A DNA stretch of 64,000 bases from Malacoraja senta (lineage: Eukaryota), in the NCBI GenBank assembly GCA_038087875.1, contig JAXLNO010000456.1:1-64000 (forward strand), given 5' to 3'. Numbering within the stretch: position 1 is the first letter of the stretch; each line of letters starts with the position of its first letter. Under the pieces are notes generated by a model that saw only the letters and a program-made list of their open reading frames with translations, was not told the DNA's origin and did no database searches. This document shows, piece after piece, positions 63,720 through 64,000 of the stretch. Made by a program: the position numbers and the translations under genes.

Positions 63720-64000
63720 GAGCAACTGGAATCAGAGCTGTCTGTCGATCCGTTCATTTTAACGCGTTAACCGCGTCCGGCAACGGAACAGAAATTACTT
63801 TTGTGAAAATATAAAGATTGAAACAATCTCCCTTCCCGCGGGTTCAGCAGCAGCCGCGGGCGGCGGGTCCTGAGCTCCGGGTTCCCCGGGTCCTTAAAGT
63901 CCGCGAATCTGTGAAGGGTGCAAAAGCCGTCTGGCAAAATAAAACCCCGGTAAAAATGACCATGTGCTGGTGCAAAATAGAAGGGCGGATTATTTGAAAT

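Overview
Eukaryotic, repeat-dense vertebrate DNA. The repeat families and TRIM exon structure suggest a cartilaginous fish such as a skate or ray, which is inference only. The host content is a small tandem cluster of TRIM genes (RING, B-box, coiled-coil, B30.2) on the + strand. TRIM-A (ATG 8878) has an in-frame TGA in exon 2, duplicated exons 4/5 and no recognisable B30.2 exon of its own. TRIM-B (ATG 44613) has exons of 411/96/234/23/119 nt and a terminal PRY-SPRY exon at 63007-63539 carrying four single-base homopolymer-type indels. Positions 1-6157 hold a minus-strand retrovirus-like provirus. It has an LTR, PBS, coiled-coil/CCHC gag, an in-frame TGA between gag and pro, protease, YVDD RT, a catalytically dead RNase H tether followed by a second intact RNase H, and integrase; this architecture is lokiretrovirus-like and runs off the window. 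The rest is nested mobile DNA: many CR1 LINEs, a full-length L1 with TSD, Rex1/Babar, L2, a BEL/Pao LTR element, Helitron remnants, THAP-bearing ISL2EU-like MITEs, a tRNA-SINE, Penelope-type tails with decayed hammerhead-like motifs, and micro/minisatellites. All family calls come from motif recognition by eye; no database searches were run.
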